In this document: positions 25,304 to 34,200 of the stretch, piece after piece
Position numbering within the stretch: the first letter of the stretch is position 1
Layout: each line of letters opens with the position of its first letter
Source of the DNA: a virus
Reading direction: 5' to 3' (one strand)
Virus record (IMG/VR): IMGVR_UViG_3300049989_000072
Span: 1 to 54,989 of that record
DNA length: 54,989 nt
The notes under the pieces: generated by a model
Told to the model about the DNA's origin: nothing
The model's database searches: none
What the model saw: only the letters and a program-made list of their open reading frames with translations
Program-made: the position numbers and the translations under genes

Positions 25304-25309
25304 CCCCTC

Positions 25310-25344
25310 AAGAGGATAAGACCCTAAACCAGTCTTATCTTCTT
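25310..25344 (+). terminator. intrinsic terminator
   Basis: Stem AAGAGGATAAGAC / GTCTTATCTTCTT (one mismatch), loop CCTAAACCA, T-rich tail. Confidence 0.65.
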
Positions 25345-25362
25345 TCTTCGGTCCCCGAGTTT

Positions 25363-25380
25363 TTCTCTTGAAAGGAGAAC
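25363..25380 (+). promoter_or_regulatory. conserved initiation motif copy (TTCTCTTGAAAGGAGAAC)
   Basis: 3 nt before ATG 25384. Confidence 0.65.
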
Positions 25381-25383
25381 CAG

Positions 25384-25584
25384 ATGCGTAAGATAATTCT
25401 TGCTCGCGAGGTCGTTCCCGGAACCATCATGGATAAGAGTCTTGACTCCGAGGTGTTCACCGTCAGGCAGGCATATCTTGCCCCTGCGACGGGCACCATG
25501 AACGGACAAGAGATGGTTATCCGAGGTCCTCTTGGGATCGTCATCAAGCGAGACGCAGACGCGAAAGTTTCCGTCCTGGTCTAG
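25384..25584 (+). CDS. hypothetical protein (66 aa)
   Basis: TTCTCTTGAAAGGAGAAC lies 3 nt upstream. Confidence 0.5.
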   Translation: MRKIILAREVVPGTIMDKSLDSEVFTVRQAYLAPATGTMNGQEMVIRGPLGIVIKRDADAKVSVLV

Positions 25585-25585
25585 T

Positions 25586-25607
25586 CATATTCTCTTGAAG
25601 GGAGAAG
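25586..25607 (+). promoter_or_regulatory. conserved initiation motif copy (CATATTCTCTTGAAGGGAGAAG)
   Basis: 4 nt before ATG 25612. Confidence 0.6.
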
Positions 25608-25611
25608 AACA

Positions 25612-25758
25612 ATGGTGACCAACAACCACTACCACTACAACCGGCGTCGTCCGAGCTTCCTCGGGTTCCTGGGGCACATCGTCGCGACCATCCTCACTGG
25701 CGGGCTGTGGCTCGTCGGTATGGGCATCTACGCCCTGTACAAGTACATCTCGAAGTAA
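25612..25758 (+). CDS. small membrane protein (48 aa)
   Basis: CATATTCTCTTGAAGGGAGAAG motif lies upstream. TM segment is FLGFLGHIVATILTGGLWLVGMGIYALY. Not in the supplied track. Confidence 0.5.
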   Translation: MVTNNHYHYNRRRPSFLGFLGHIVATILTGGLWLVGMGIYALYKYISK

Positions 25759-25767
25759 GGCAGCCAT

Positions 25768-26460
25768 ATGGCAACCCCAGAGGTCCCTTCCAACTCGCGC
25801 AACCCCAAGCCTGAGAAGAAGCAGCCCGTCGTCAACTACCAGAGCCTCCCGAAGAACGGGGAGGAGGTGGCCAAGGCCGATCGCGAGCCGGTCGGTCAGA
25901 TCGCGGCCGGAAAGACCCGGAAGCGCCCCCTCGGATCCAAGATCGCAGAGGCGTTCACGGGCGACGACGCGAAGACCGTGGGTCACTACGTGTTCTACGA
26001 CGTGGCGCTGCCCATGCTTCAGGAGCTGGTCGTGAAGTCGGGTCAGGAGGCACTCTCCAGGCTCATCTTCGGTTCCTCCCGTCTCCCCAGCACGACCACG
26101 CGATCCGGCTTCGTGAACTACCAGGCGCTCTCGCAGAAGAGTTCGTCCAGCGTCGTCGGTCGTGCGGCCGAGCCAGATGGTCCTCGTGGGCTCTCGAATC
26201 AGTCTCGAGCGCTCATGAACTACGACGAGATCGTGCTGGCGTCTCGTGCCGACGCAGAGCAGGTGCTGTTCGCACTTCGTGACCGCATCGAGCGCTACGA
26301 CGTCACGACGCTCTCGGATCTGCTCGAGATGATCGGTGTGTCGCCCGACTTCACGGATCACAAGATCGGCTGGTTCGACCTGAGTCGAGCTGCCGTGACC
26401 GGACCCATTCGAGGTGGCGGATATCTGCTGAACCTCCCCAAGGCGGAGGCGATCCAGTAA
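25768..26460 (+). CDS. hypothetical protein
   Basis: 230-aa ORF. The C-terminal 'YDEIVLASRADAEQVLFALRDRIERYDVTTLSDLLEMIG....KIGW' pattern recurs in phage proteins of unknown function. Confidence 0.5.
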   Translation: MATPEVPSNSRNPKPEKKQPVVNYQSLPKNGEEVAKADREPVGQIAAGKTRKRPLGSKIAEAFTGDDAKTVGHYVFYDVALPMLQELVVKSGQEALSRLIFGSSRLPSTTTRSGFVNYQALSQKSSSSVVGRAAEPDGPRGLSNQSRALMNYDEIVLASRADAEQVLFALRDRIERYDVTTLSDLLEMIGVSPDFTDHKIGWFDLSRAAVTGPIRGGGYLLNLPKAEAIQ

Positions 26461-26711
26461 TGGACGACGAGACGTTCCACGACAACCTGGAGGGACTCCA
26501 CCCCCTGCAGATCGGCGCGGTGGTGTGGGTCCAGATAACGGAGGTCGTCAGCGATCGTGTCATGACGGAGGTTGGCGTTCTCCGAGGCTACATGCACGAC
26601 ACAGGGACGAACACCCTTCGCTGGACACTCGGATTCCACCCGGAAGAGGGTTCGGAGACGGGAAGTATCATCCCACTCGACAACTTCAAGGTGAAGTTCG
26701 TCAGCATCTAG
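26460..26711 (+). CDS. hypothetical protein
   Basis: 83-aa ORF. The ATG overlaps the upstream stop (TAATG), with GGAGG upstream. Confidence 0.45.
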   Translation: MDDETFHDNLEGLHPLQIGAVVWVQITEVVSDRVMTEVGVLRGYMHDTGTNTLRWTLGFHPEEGSETGSIIPLDNFKVKFVSI

Positions 26712-26729
26712 TACAAGGAGATATTCCAG

Positions 26730-26996
26730 ATGGCAACGATCGTCAGCAACGCGGAGAAGCCCCTCAACCTCGACGTGATCCTCAGCATGGCGTGCTCGAA
26801 CCCCCACGACTTCAAGGCGTGGAACGATTTCGAGCAGACGAACCGCCAGCGACGTGCAGAGGGTCTTGAGCCGCTCGTGTACGACGGCTGGATGCGGTAC
26901 GACCTCCAGGTTCACTGCACGCAGATCGTGATCGTCGCCAGGGGAACCCTCGATGGCGGTTACGAGATCCGTGAGTACTTCCTCGAGGACCACTGA
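26730..26996 (+). CDS. hypothetical protein
   Basis: 88-aa ORF with AAGGAGATATTCCAG before the ATG. Confidence 0.5.
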   Translation: MATIVSNAEKPLNLDVILSMACSNPHDFKAWNDFEQTNRQRRAEGLEPLVYDGWMRYDLQVHCTQIVIVARGTLDGGYEIREYFLEDH

Positions 26997-27124
26997 TGTC
27001 GATCGAGCAGATGAAGGCCGCCATCTTGGACGCCCGTCCGGGATATTTCCACCGAATCAAGAGCATGCCGGATCACCAGATCGCTGCGATCTACAACCGC
27101 ATGCTCAGCCAGAACCAACTCTGA
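26996..27124 (+). CDS. hypothetical protein (42 aa)
   Basis: Coupled start (TGATG). Short ORF not in the track. Confidence 0.3.
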   Translation: MSIEQMKAAILDARPGYFHRIKSMPDHQIAAIYNRMLSQNQL

Positions 27125-27139
27125 AAGAAGAAACGAGAG

Positions 27140-28018
27140 ATGAAGATCAATCTTCCCCCCGCGGTCACCCGAGCGGTCGGCCGTAGCGTCCTCCAGGCGC
27201 AGAAGCACTCCCCCGAGATCCTCGTCGCAGCCGGTATCGCCGGTTTCGTCACCGCGGGCGTCCTGGCCGTCAAGGCAACGCTGAAGGTGGAGCCGGTCAT
27301 CGACCAGCACACCGAGAACGTCGAGATCATCACGTCCATCCAGGCCACCAGCGACGCCAGCCAGGCGCTCCAGAAGAAGGAGCTGTCGAAGCAGTATCGC
27401 CACACGGCGTTCGAGCTGACGAAGCTCTACGGTCCGTCGGTGACGCTCGCCATCGCCTCGGCCGCCTGCATCATCGGTGCACACGGCATCATGCGCAAGC
27501 GGAACGTCGCTCTCGCCGTCGCCTACAAGGGCGCGGAGCGGATGCTCGAGGAGTACCGCAAGCGTGTCGAGTCGGAGATCGGCATCGACAAGGAGCAGGA
27601 GCTCTACCACGGCCTCGTCGAGAAGGAGATCGTGGGTGAGGACGGCAAGACGCAGAAGGTGATGACTCGTGAGGGCAACACCTTCTCGCTGTACGCTCGA
27701 CTCTTCGATGAGTCGAACCCGAACTGGCGAAGCGACTCGGACTACAACCTCACCTTCCTCCGCAGCATCCAGGATCACGCCAACCACAAGCTCCGTACTC
27801 GTGGCCACGTCTTCCTGAACGAGGTCTACGACTGGCTGGGCATGGAGCGCAGCTCGCTCGGTGCCATGGCTGGCTGGCTCTACGAGGAGGGCGGCGACGA
27901 CTACATCGACTTCGGCCTCTACGACAACGTCGCCAACTCGGCAGCGTTCGTGGCGGGACTCGAGAAGAACGTCTGGATCGACTTCAACGTGGACGGACCG
28001 ATCCACACCCGCATCTGA
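27140..28018 (+). CDS. membrane-anchored protein, paralog of 21139..21975
   Basis: Collinear with the 21139 protein (two N-terminal helices, 'YGPSVTLAIASAACIIGAHG', coiled region). C-terminal 'FLRSIQDHANHKLRTRGHVFLNEVYDWLG'. Confidence 0.45.
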   Translation: MKINLPPAVTRAVGRSVLQAQKHSPEILVAAGIAGFVTAGVLAVKATLKVEPVIDQHTENVEIITSIQATSDASQALQKKELSKQYRHTAFELTKLYGPSVTLAIASAACIIGAHGIMRKRNVALAVAYKGAERMLEEYRKRVESEIGIDKEQELYHGLVEKEIVGEDGKTQKVMTREGNTFSLYARLFDESNPNWRSDSDYNLTFLRSIQDHANHKLRTRGHVFLNEVYDWLGMERSSLGAMAGWLYEEGGDDYIDFGLYDNVANSAAFVAGLEKNVWIDFNVDGPIHTRI

Positions 28019-28083
28019 AGGGATATTCCCATGGCGCTGCTCGATGAGCACAGCGTCGACATGATGATCTAGAAAGGGACCTC

Positions 28084-28233
28084 ATGGCCCTCCTGTACGT
28101 ATACACCTACCTGCATGAGGGCCGTGAGGTCCACTTCTACGCTTCCGAGCGTAGGCTCGCAGATCAACAGTTCAAGGATGCGTTCAACAAGACGCCCCTC
28201 GATGACCAGTTCGTCCGCCGGGATCGCTGGTAA
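28084..28233 (+). CDS. hypothetical protein (49 aa)
   Basis: GAAAGGGACCTC precedes the ATG. Short ORF not in the track. Confidence 0.3.
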   Translation: MALLYVYTYLHEGREVHFYASERRLADQQFKDAFNKTPLDDQFVRRDRW

Positions 28234-28234
28234 C

Positions 28235-28256
28235 CATATTCTCTTGAAAGGAGAAC
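28235..28256 (+). promoter_or_regulatory. conserved initiation motif copy (CATATTCTCTTGAAAGGAGAAC)
   Basis: 5 nt before ATG 28262 (LPXTG protein). Confidence 0.65.
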
Positions 28257-28261
28257 GCATC

Positions 28262-29428
28262 ATGAAGAAGTATCTCGCAGCCGCGGCTGCAGCAACGCTC
28301 GGTCTCGGTGGACTCGTCCTGGGTACCACCGCAGCCTCCGCCCACACGGCAACCGCCGACATCTCGTGCGAGAGCTGGTCTGCCAGCGCCACCGCATACG
28401 ACGAGGCTGCGTACGGCACGGTCATCGCCGACGGCGTCGTCATCCACGAGGGCGCTTTCAACGGCAACGGCTCCTACACGAACGTTCCGTGGGCATCCGA
28501 GGCGGACTCGCACCGTCTGCAGGTCACGATCGACTCGACCGAGGACCAGTACGACTACTCCTACGACCAGACGGTCACCGGATGCATCACCGAGGTTCCC
28601 CCGACGGAGGAGCCCCCGGTCGTCACGCCGCACATCCAGGACTACGTGGGCAACTGCGACGCCGCCTTCGTGCTCGACAACCTCGGCTCGACCGTGGACG
28701 TCACCTACACGATCAACGGCATCGACTTCCTCGTCTCAGCTGGTACGGCCGTCCACACGGACGCGGACGGAACCCGAATCGAGCCCTCGACCACCAACAC
28801 CTACGTCATCACGACCGACACGGGTGCGAGCTGGGAGTTCCAGGGTGGTGACTGCGAGACGATTCCTCCGACCGAGGAGCCGCCCGTGGAGCCCGAGGAG
28901 CCGGTGGTCTACCCGCCGAACGGCAACGTCTTCCTGCAGTGCGACTCGTTCCTCGTGGTGGCGGATAACCTGCCGGCCGGATCGATCGCTCGCGTCTACG
29001 TGAACGCCGTTCTCTTCGACGAGAAGGCGGCTGTGGGCGGCTCGTACACGCTGCGTGGTTCCTTCCCGGAGGACTACCGCGTGGTGCACCTGATCGTGAC
29101 GAACGAGGCTGGCGAGACGATCGTCGACATCATCCAGAACAACCAGGACTGCAACTTCCCGACGCCTCCCGCCGAGGTGTGCGAGGGAGATGAGGTCCAG
29201 GCTGAGGACGGTTCGTGCGTCCCGCCAACGTTCTACGAGCCCGAGATCGGAACGCCCATCAGCTCCGAGGCACCTGTCGCACCCGCACCGTCGGCAAGTG
29301 CGCCGCAGGCGCTGCAGGAGCAGGATGAGCTGCCTCAGACGGGCAACGAGCTCGCTCTGGGTGGTGGTCTGCTGGCGTTCGGCCTGATCGTCGCCGGCGT
29401 CATCGCTCGACGGTTCGCGAACCGCTAA
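28262..29428 (+). CDS. secreted, sortase-anchored (LPXTG) surface protein
   Basis: Signal peptide is MKKYLAAAAAATLGLGGLVLGTTAASAH. Cys-bracketed modules are separated by PPTEEPP linkers. The C-terminus is LPQTGNELALGGGLLAFGLIVAGVIARRFANR (LPXTG, TM helix, basic tail). CATATTCTCTTGAAAGGAGAAC lies upstream and a hairpin downstream. Confidence 0.8.
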   Translation: MKKYLAAAAAATLGLGGLVLGTTAASAHTATADISCESWSASATAYDEAAYGTVIADGVVIHEGAFNGNGSYTNVPWASEADSHRLQVTIDSTEDQYDYSYDQTVTGCITEVPPTEEPPVVTPHIQDYVGNCDAAFVLDNLGSTVDVTYTINGIDFLVSAGTAVHTDADGTRIEPSTTNTYVITTDTGASWEFQGGDCETIPPTEEPPVEPEEPVVYPPNGNVFLQCDSFLVVADNLPAGSIARVYVNAVLFDEKAAVGGSYTLRGSFPEDYRVVHLIVTNEAGETIVDIIQNNQDCNFPTPPAEVCEGDEVQAEDGSCVPPTFYEPEIGTPISSEAPVAPAPSASAPQALQEQDELPQTGNELALGGGLLAFGLIVAGVIARRFANR

Positions 29429-29440
29429 GTCCGCATATTT

Positions 29441-29475
29441 GGTGGGGTACGGTACACAGCTGACTGTACCCCACC
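29441..29475 (+). terminator. hairpin after the LPXTG gene
   Basis: GGTGGGGTAC ... GTACCCCACC is a 10-bp perfect stem, extendable with bulges. There is no U-tract. Confidence 0.5.
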
Positions 29476-29497
29476 ACTTCCCCCAAGGAGACCTCTC

Positions 29498-29686
29498 GTG
29501 AACACCCCCAAGCCCAAGGATCGTCGGAAGCCGGTCGCAAAGACCGAGGACAAGAAGACGCCCTTCGTCCACAAGCCGCACCTGACCGATCGCCCGATGA
29601 AGAACCACACTGGCCTCCAGGACCTCCTGCGAGACATGGGCGGTGCGCCTCGTCGTCGGACGATCCCGAACCCCAAGAAGAAGTAA
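29498..29686 (+). CDS. small highly basic protein
   Basis: GTG follows AAGGAGACCTCTC. 62 aa, K/R/P-rich. Confidence 0.45.
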   Translation: MNTPKPKDRRKPVAKTEDKKTPFVHKPHLTDRPMKNHTGLQDLLRDMGGAPRRRTIPNPKKK

Positions 29687-29913
29687 TGGCGGGCGAAGTC
29701 TGGCGCTACACCGGTAGGAAGTACAAGGATGGGATCGAAGTCCCATTTTTGACCTACAAGTGTAAGTCGACCGCAATCGCCCCCGCCAAGCACGACCGAG
29801 TCACATCCACGCATTCCTGCAAGATCCACATCGACCACGATGGTGATCATATTTGCATCTGCGAGAAGAAGTGGCCAAACAAGAACTCTCAGAAGGAGAA
29901 CGAAACGCGATGA
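29686..29913 (+). CDS. small Cys/His-rich protein
   Basis: 75 aa with 'YKCKS..HSCKIHIDHDGDHICICE'. Coupled start (TAATG). Confidence 0.45.
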   Translation: MAGEVWRYTGRKYKDGIEVPFLTYKCKSTAIAPAKHDRVTSTHSCKIHIDHDGDHICICEKKWPNKNSQKENETR

Positions 29914-30617
29914 ACTACAACACGCTGACCCTCGGGGTGGGCATCGGCATCGTGATCGGTGCCGTCCCTACCTTCTTCATCACGAAGAAGATCGTCACCC
30001 AGTCTGCCCAGGAGCGCGCGGACGCCGAGATCGCCGAGGTGACGGAGCGCTTCGCCAAGCTCAACAAGGTCGGGCAGTACGCAGACCCTTCGGCGCTGGC
30101 CCAGGAGCTCGGATACGTCACCACCGACACCGAGGACCCCACCTACGATGAGGCAGTTGCCGCTGAGGCGGTTCGAGTTCCGGTGATCGAGGTGTCTGAG
30201 GCGGATTCGGACGACGTCGAGGGCGTCGAGCCGCCGAAGCTTCCTCTTCCCTCGGACGTTCCTCAGCGACGCAACCTCTTCGAGGAGGCTGAGCGGATCG
30301 AGGCGAACATCAGCCAGGAGGAGATCGAGGCACGAAGCCCCGAGAACCCCTACATCATCACGGCTGAGGAGTGGGGCGACAACAACTCGCCCTTCGAGAA
30401 GATCACGCTCACGTACTACACGGACGGAACGCTCGCGGACGACCACGACAAGCCCGTCGAGGACAAGGGGACGCTCGTCGGTCTCGAGAATCTGCAGCGC
30501 TTCGGTACCTACTCGAGGGACCGTGAGATCGTGTACGTGCGCAACGAGAAGCACGATGCCGAGTTCGAGATCGTCCGCAGCGACCAGGACTACATCCAGA
30601 TGATGAACGAGCAGTAG
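29910..30617 (+). CDS. membrane-anchored hypothetical protein
   Basis: ATG follows AAGGAGAACGAAACGCG. N-terminal TM segment is LTLGVGIGIVIGAVPTFFI, followed by an acidic linker and a globular C-terminus. Confidence 0.55.
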   Translation: MNYNTLTLGVGIGIVIGAVPTFFITKKIVTQSAQERADAEIAEVTERFAKLNKVGQYADPSALAQELGYVTTDTEDPTYDEAVAAEAVRVPVIEVSEADSDDVEGVEPPKLPLPSDVPQRRNLFEEAERIEANISQEEIEARSPENPYIITAEEWGDNNSPFEKITLTYYTDGTLADDHDKPVEDKGTLVGLENLQRFGTYSRDREIVYVRNEKHDAEFEIVRSDQDYIQMMNEQ

Positions 30618-30630
30618 GAGGTGTGATGAA

Positions 30631-31179
30631 GTGGATCCCGTGATCGATGAGGGATATTTGGAGTGGCTGTACAGCCAGGTTGGCGCTGCCAGCAACCGAA
30701 ATCCCGCACGGTCCCATTGGTCTTTGACCAAGCAGCTTCATAGCAAGCCGTTCCGCACTGTCGTCTCTCGGGATGACAACCGGGCCGTGGACGGGGTCGT
30801 GCTGCGACAGGAATTCCTCTTGGAGTCCCAGTTTGCAGCCGACCCCGTCTGGCTTGCTATGGATGCGTCCATGCTCGAGGTTCTTGTTGCACTGTCGCGA
30901 CGAGCAGCTTTCGTGTCCGATGGCGTGTCGCTCGAATGGTTCTGGAAGATGCTTCAGAACGTCGAGATGCACCGCTACACGGATGATATTTATGATGAAG
31001 CGATCTACGAGGCCGTTGACCGGTCCTTGGAGATCATCCTCGACCGTCGGTATCGACCCAATGGCGTAGGCGGGTTCTTCCCACTTCATCATGCACATCA
31101 CGATCAGCGAACAATTGAGCTGTGGTATCAGCTGAACTCCTATATTCTGGAGAACACAGACATCGCCACGGCCCCTTGA
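30631..31179 (+). CDS. hypothetical protein
   Basis: GTG lies 10 nt after AGGAGG. 182 aa with 'YLEWLYSQVG....NRAVDGVVLRQEF'. It sits directly upstream of the replicase. Confidence 0.5.
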   Translation: MDPVIDEGYLEWLYSQVGAASNRNPARSHWSLTKQLHSKPFRTVVSRDDNRAVDGVVLRQEFLLESQFAADPVWLAMDASMLEVLVALSRRAAFVSDGVSLEWFWKMLQNVEMHRYTDDIYDEAIYEAVDRSLEIILDRRYRPNGVGGFFPLHHAHHDQRTIELWYQLNSYILENTDIATAP

Positions 31180-31201
31180 TGGACCTGAGATAAGGAGTTT
31201 T

Positions 31202-34200
31202 GTGGATTTTTACACCATCAAGGAAGTCCTGCAGAAGAACGGGGTCATCGAGATCTTCCCCGACTTCAAGGTTACTCGCTCCTCGGACCTCATGGTGCGG
31301 GGTAAGTCCTTCTATGCCGTGTGGGACGAGGAGCGGGGCCTGTGGTCGACGGATGAGTACGACGTACAGAGACTTGTGGACGAGCACCTGTGGCGTCACC
31401 GCAATTCCAAGACGGATGGCGTGTACTCGGTCAAGCTCATGAGCGACTTCTCGAGCGGCGTGTGGCGCCAGTTCAAGAACTACATGACGCTGGTGTCCGA
31501 CCACTACATCCAGCTCGACCAGGACCTCACCTTCAGCAACACCGAGGTGAAGAAGACCGACTACGTGTCGAAGCGCCTGCCCTATCCTCTTGTCACGGGG
31601 GATATTTCAGCGTACGACGAGCTCATTGGCACGCTGTACAACGAAGACGAGCGAGCAAAGCTCGAATGGGCGATCGGTGCGGTCATTGCCGGAGACGCCA
31701 AGAGCATTCAGAAGTTCCTGGTGCTCTATGGTGCGGCCGGTAAGGGCAAGTCCACCATGCTCAACATCATCATGAAGCTCACGGAGGGGTATCACACCAC
31801 CTTCGAGGCTAAGGCACTGACCTCTGCCGGCAACCAGTTTGCCATGGAGATGTTCGGAAACAACCCTCTCGTGGCTATTCAGCACGACGGTGACCTTTCC
31901 CGCATCGAGGACAACACGAGGCTCAACTCGATCGTCGCCCACGAAGACATGCTCATCAATGCCAAGTTCAAGGCGCCCTACACCGCAGCGGTGATGGCGT
32001 TCCTGTTCATGGGTACGAACAAGCCGGTCAAGATCACGGACGCAAAGTCCGGTATCATTCGACGACTCATCGACGTGCAGCCTTCGGGTAACATGCTGCC
32101 GTTCAAGCGGTATCAAGCACTCATGTCCCAGATCGACTTCGAGCTCGGTGCAATTGCACATCACTGCCTGAGCATCTATCGATCCATGGGTAAGGACTAC
32201 TACGGCAAGTATCAGCCGACCGAGATGATGCTGCAGACGGACGTCTTCTACAACTTCATTGAGTCATATTTCGATGTGTTCATGGAGCAGGACGGCGTTC
32301 AGCTGGCGCAGGCTTACAAGATGTACAAGGAGTTCGCGGATGACTCGAACCTTGAGTTCAAACTTCCGCTGCACAAGTTCCGTGAGGAGCTGAAGAACTA
32401 CTTCGGAGGGTATGTGGATCGCGGTTTCGTCGATGGCGTTCGTGTCCGCAGTTACTACACCGACTTCCAGCGGGACAAGTTCCGCCCACAGATCGAGGAT
32501 ACTGCCAGCTTCTCGCTGGTGTTGGATGAGACCACCTCGATATTTGACCAGATGTTCGCGGACCGACCGGCTCAGTATGAGAAGGAGAACGGTTCTCCTA
32601 CGGACTTCTGGGAGAATGTGAAGACGACTCTCGCCGACCTTGACACGTCACAGACGCATTACGTGAAGGTTCCTGTGAACCATATCGTGATCGACTTCGA
32701 CCTCGTGGACGACGAAGGCAACAAGTCGCTGGAGAAGAACCTCGAGGCTGCCAGTAAGTGGCCGGCAACCTACGCGGAGTTCAGCAAGTCTGGTGGTGGG
32801 GTGCACCTGCACTACAACTACACAGAGGATCCCACTCAGCTCGGTAGGATTTACGACGATCACATCGAGATCAAGGTCTATGAAGGCGGTGCCGCACTTA
32901 GGAGACGACTGTCCCACTGCAACAACGTTCCTGTTGCAACCCTCAATGGCGGACTTCCGCTGAAGGAGAAGAAAAAGATGCTGACGGATCAGACGATCCA
33001 GAGTGAGCGGGCCCTCCGCAATCTCATCATGCGGAACCTGCGGAAGGAGATCCACCCGGGCACCAAGCCCTCGGTCGACTTCATCCACAAGATCCTGTCC
33101 GACGCGTACGAGCAGGGTCTGACGTACGATATTTCGGATCTGCAGCCGGCGATCATGTCGTTTGCTGCGAACTCGAACAACCAGGCTGCGGCATGTCTGA
33201 AGCTGGTGGCTCAGATGAAGTTCAAGTCGGCTGTGCCTTCCGACGGCTCGCCTGACGCCGCGGTGAGCCTCAAGGACGACCGTCTGGTCTTCTTCGATGT
33301 CGAGGTCTTCCCCAACGTCCTCATGATCAACTGGAAGTTCCGTGGTTCCCCCACGATCGTCCGCATGATCAACCCGTCGCCGGAGCAGGTCGAGGAGCTG
33401 TTCAAGCTCAAGCTGGTTGGCTACAACTGCCGCCGCTACGACAACCACATCCTGTACGCCCGTTCGATGGGATATTCGATCGAGCAGGTGTACAAGAAGT
33501 CGCAGGAGATGATCACGCAGGGCAAGGGCTACTTTGCCGAGGCGTACAACCTCTCCTACGTCGACATCTACGACTTCGCGTCGAAGAAGCAGTCGCTCAA
33601 GAAGTGGCAAGTCGAGCTGGGGCTGAAGCACCAGGAGCTTGGTGAGCCGTGGGACGAGCCGCTGGACGAGTCCAAGTGGGAGAAGGCGTCCCTCTACTGC
33701 GACAACGATGTGCTCTCCACGGAGGCCGTCTTTGAGAACCGTCACGGAGACTTCGTGGCGCGTCAGATCCTGGCGGACCTCTCGGGTCTTCCGGTCAACT
33801 CGTCGACGCAGCAGCACACCGCTCGCATCATCTTCGGTCGCGATCGTGAGCCGCAGCAGAAGTTCATCTACACCAACCTCGCGCTCGAGTTCCCGGGCTA
33901 CGACTTCGACCTCAAGCGTCCTCGTGGCGAGTGGTCGATGTTCCATGGCGAGGCTGTGGGTGAGGGTGGATACGTCTACGCGGAGCCTGGCATCTACGAG
34001 GACGTCGCCGTGCTGGATATTCAGTCCATGCATCCGGCTTCCCTCATCGAGCTCGAGCACTTCGGACCCTACACGGAGCGGTTCGACATGCTCCGCAAGG
34101 CTCGTGTCGCGATCAAGCACGGTGACTACGCGTCGGCGCGCAAGATGTTCGACGGCAAGCTCGAGCCTCATCTCGAGGACGAGTCGACGGCCGAGGACCT

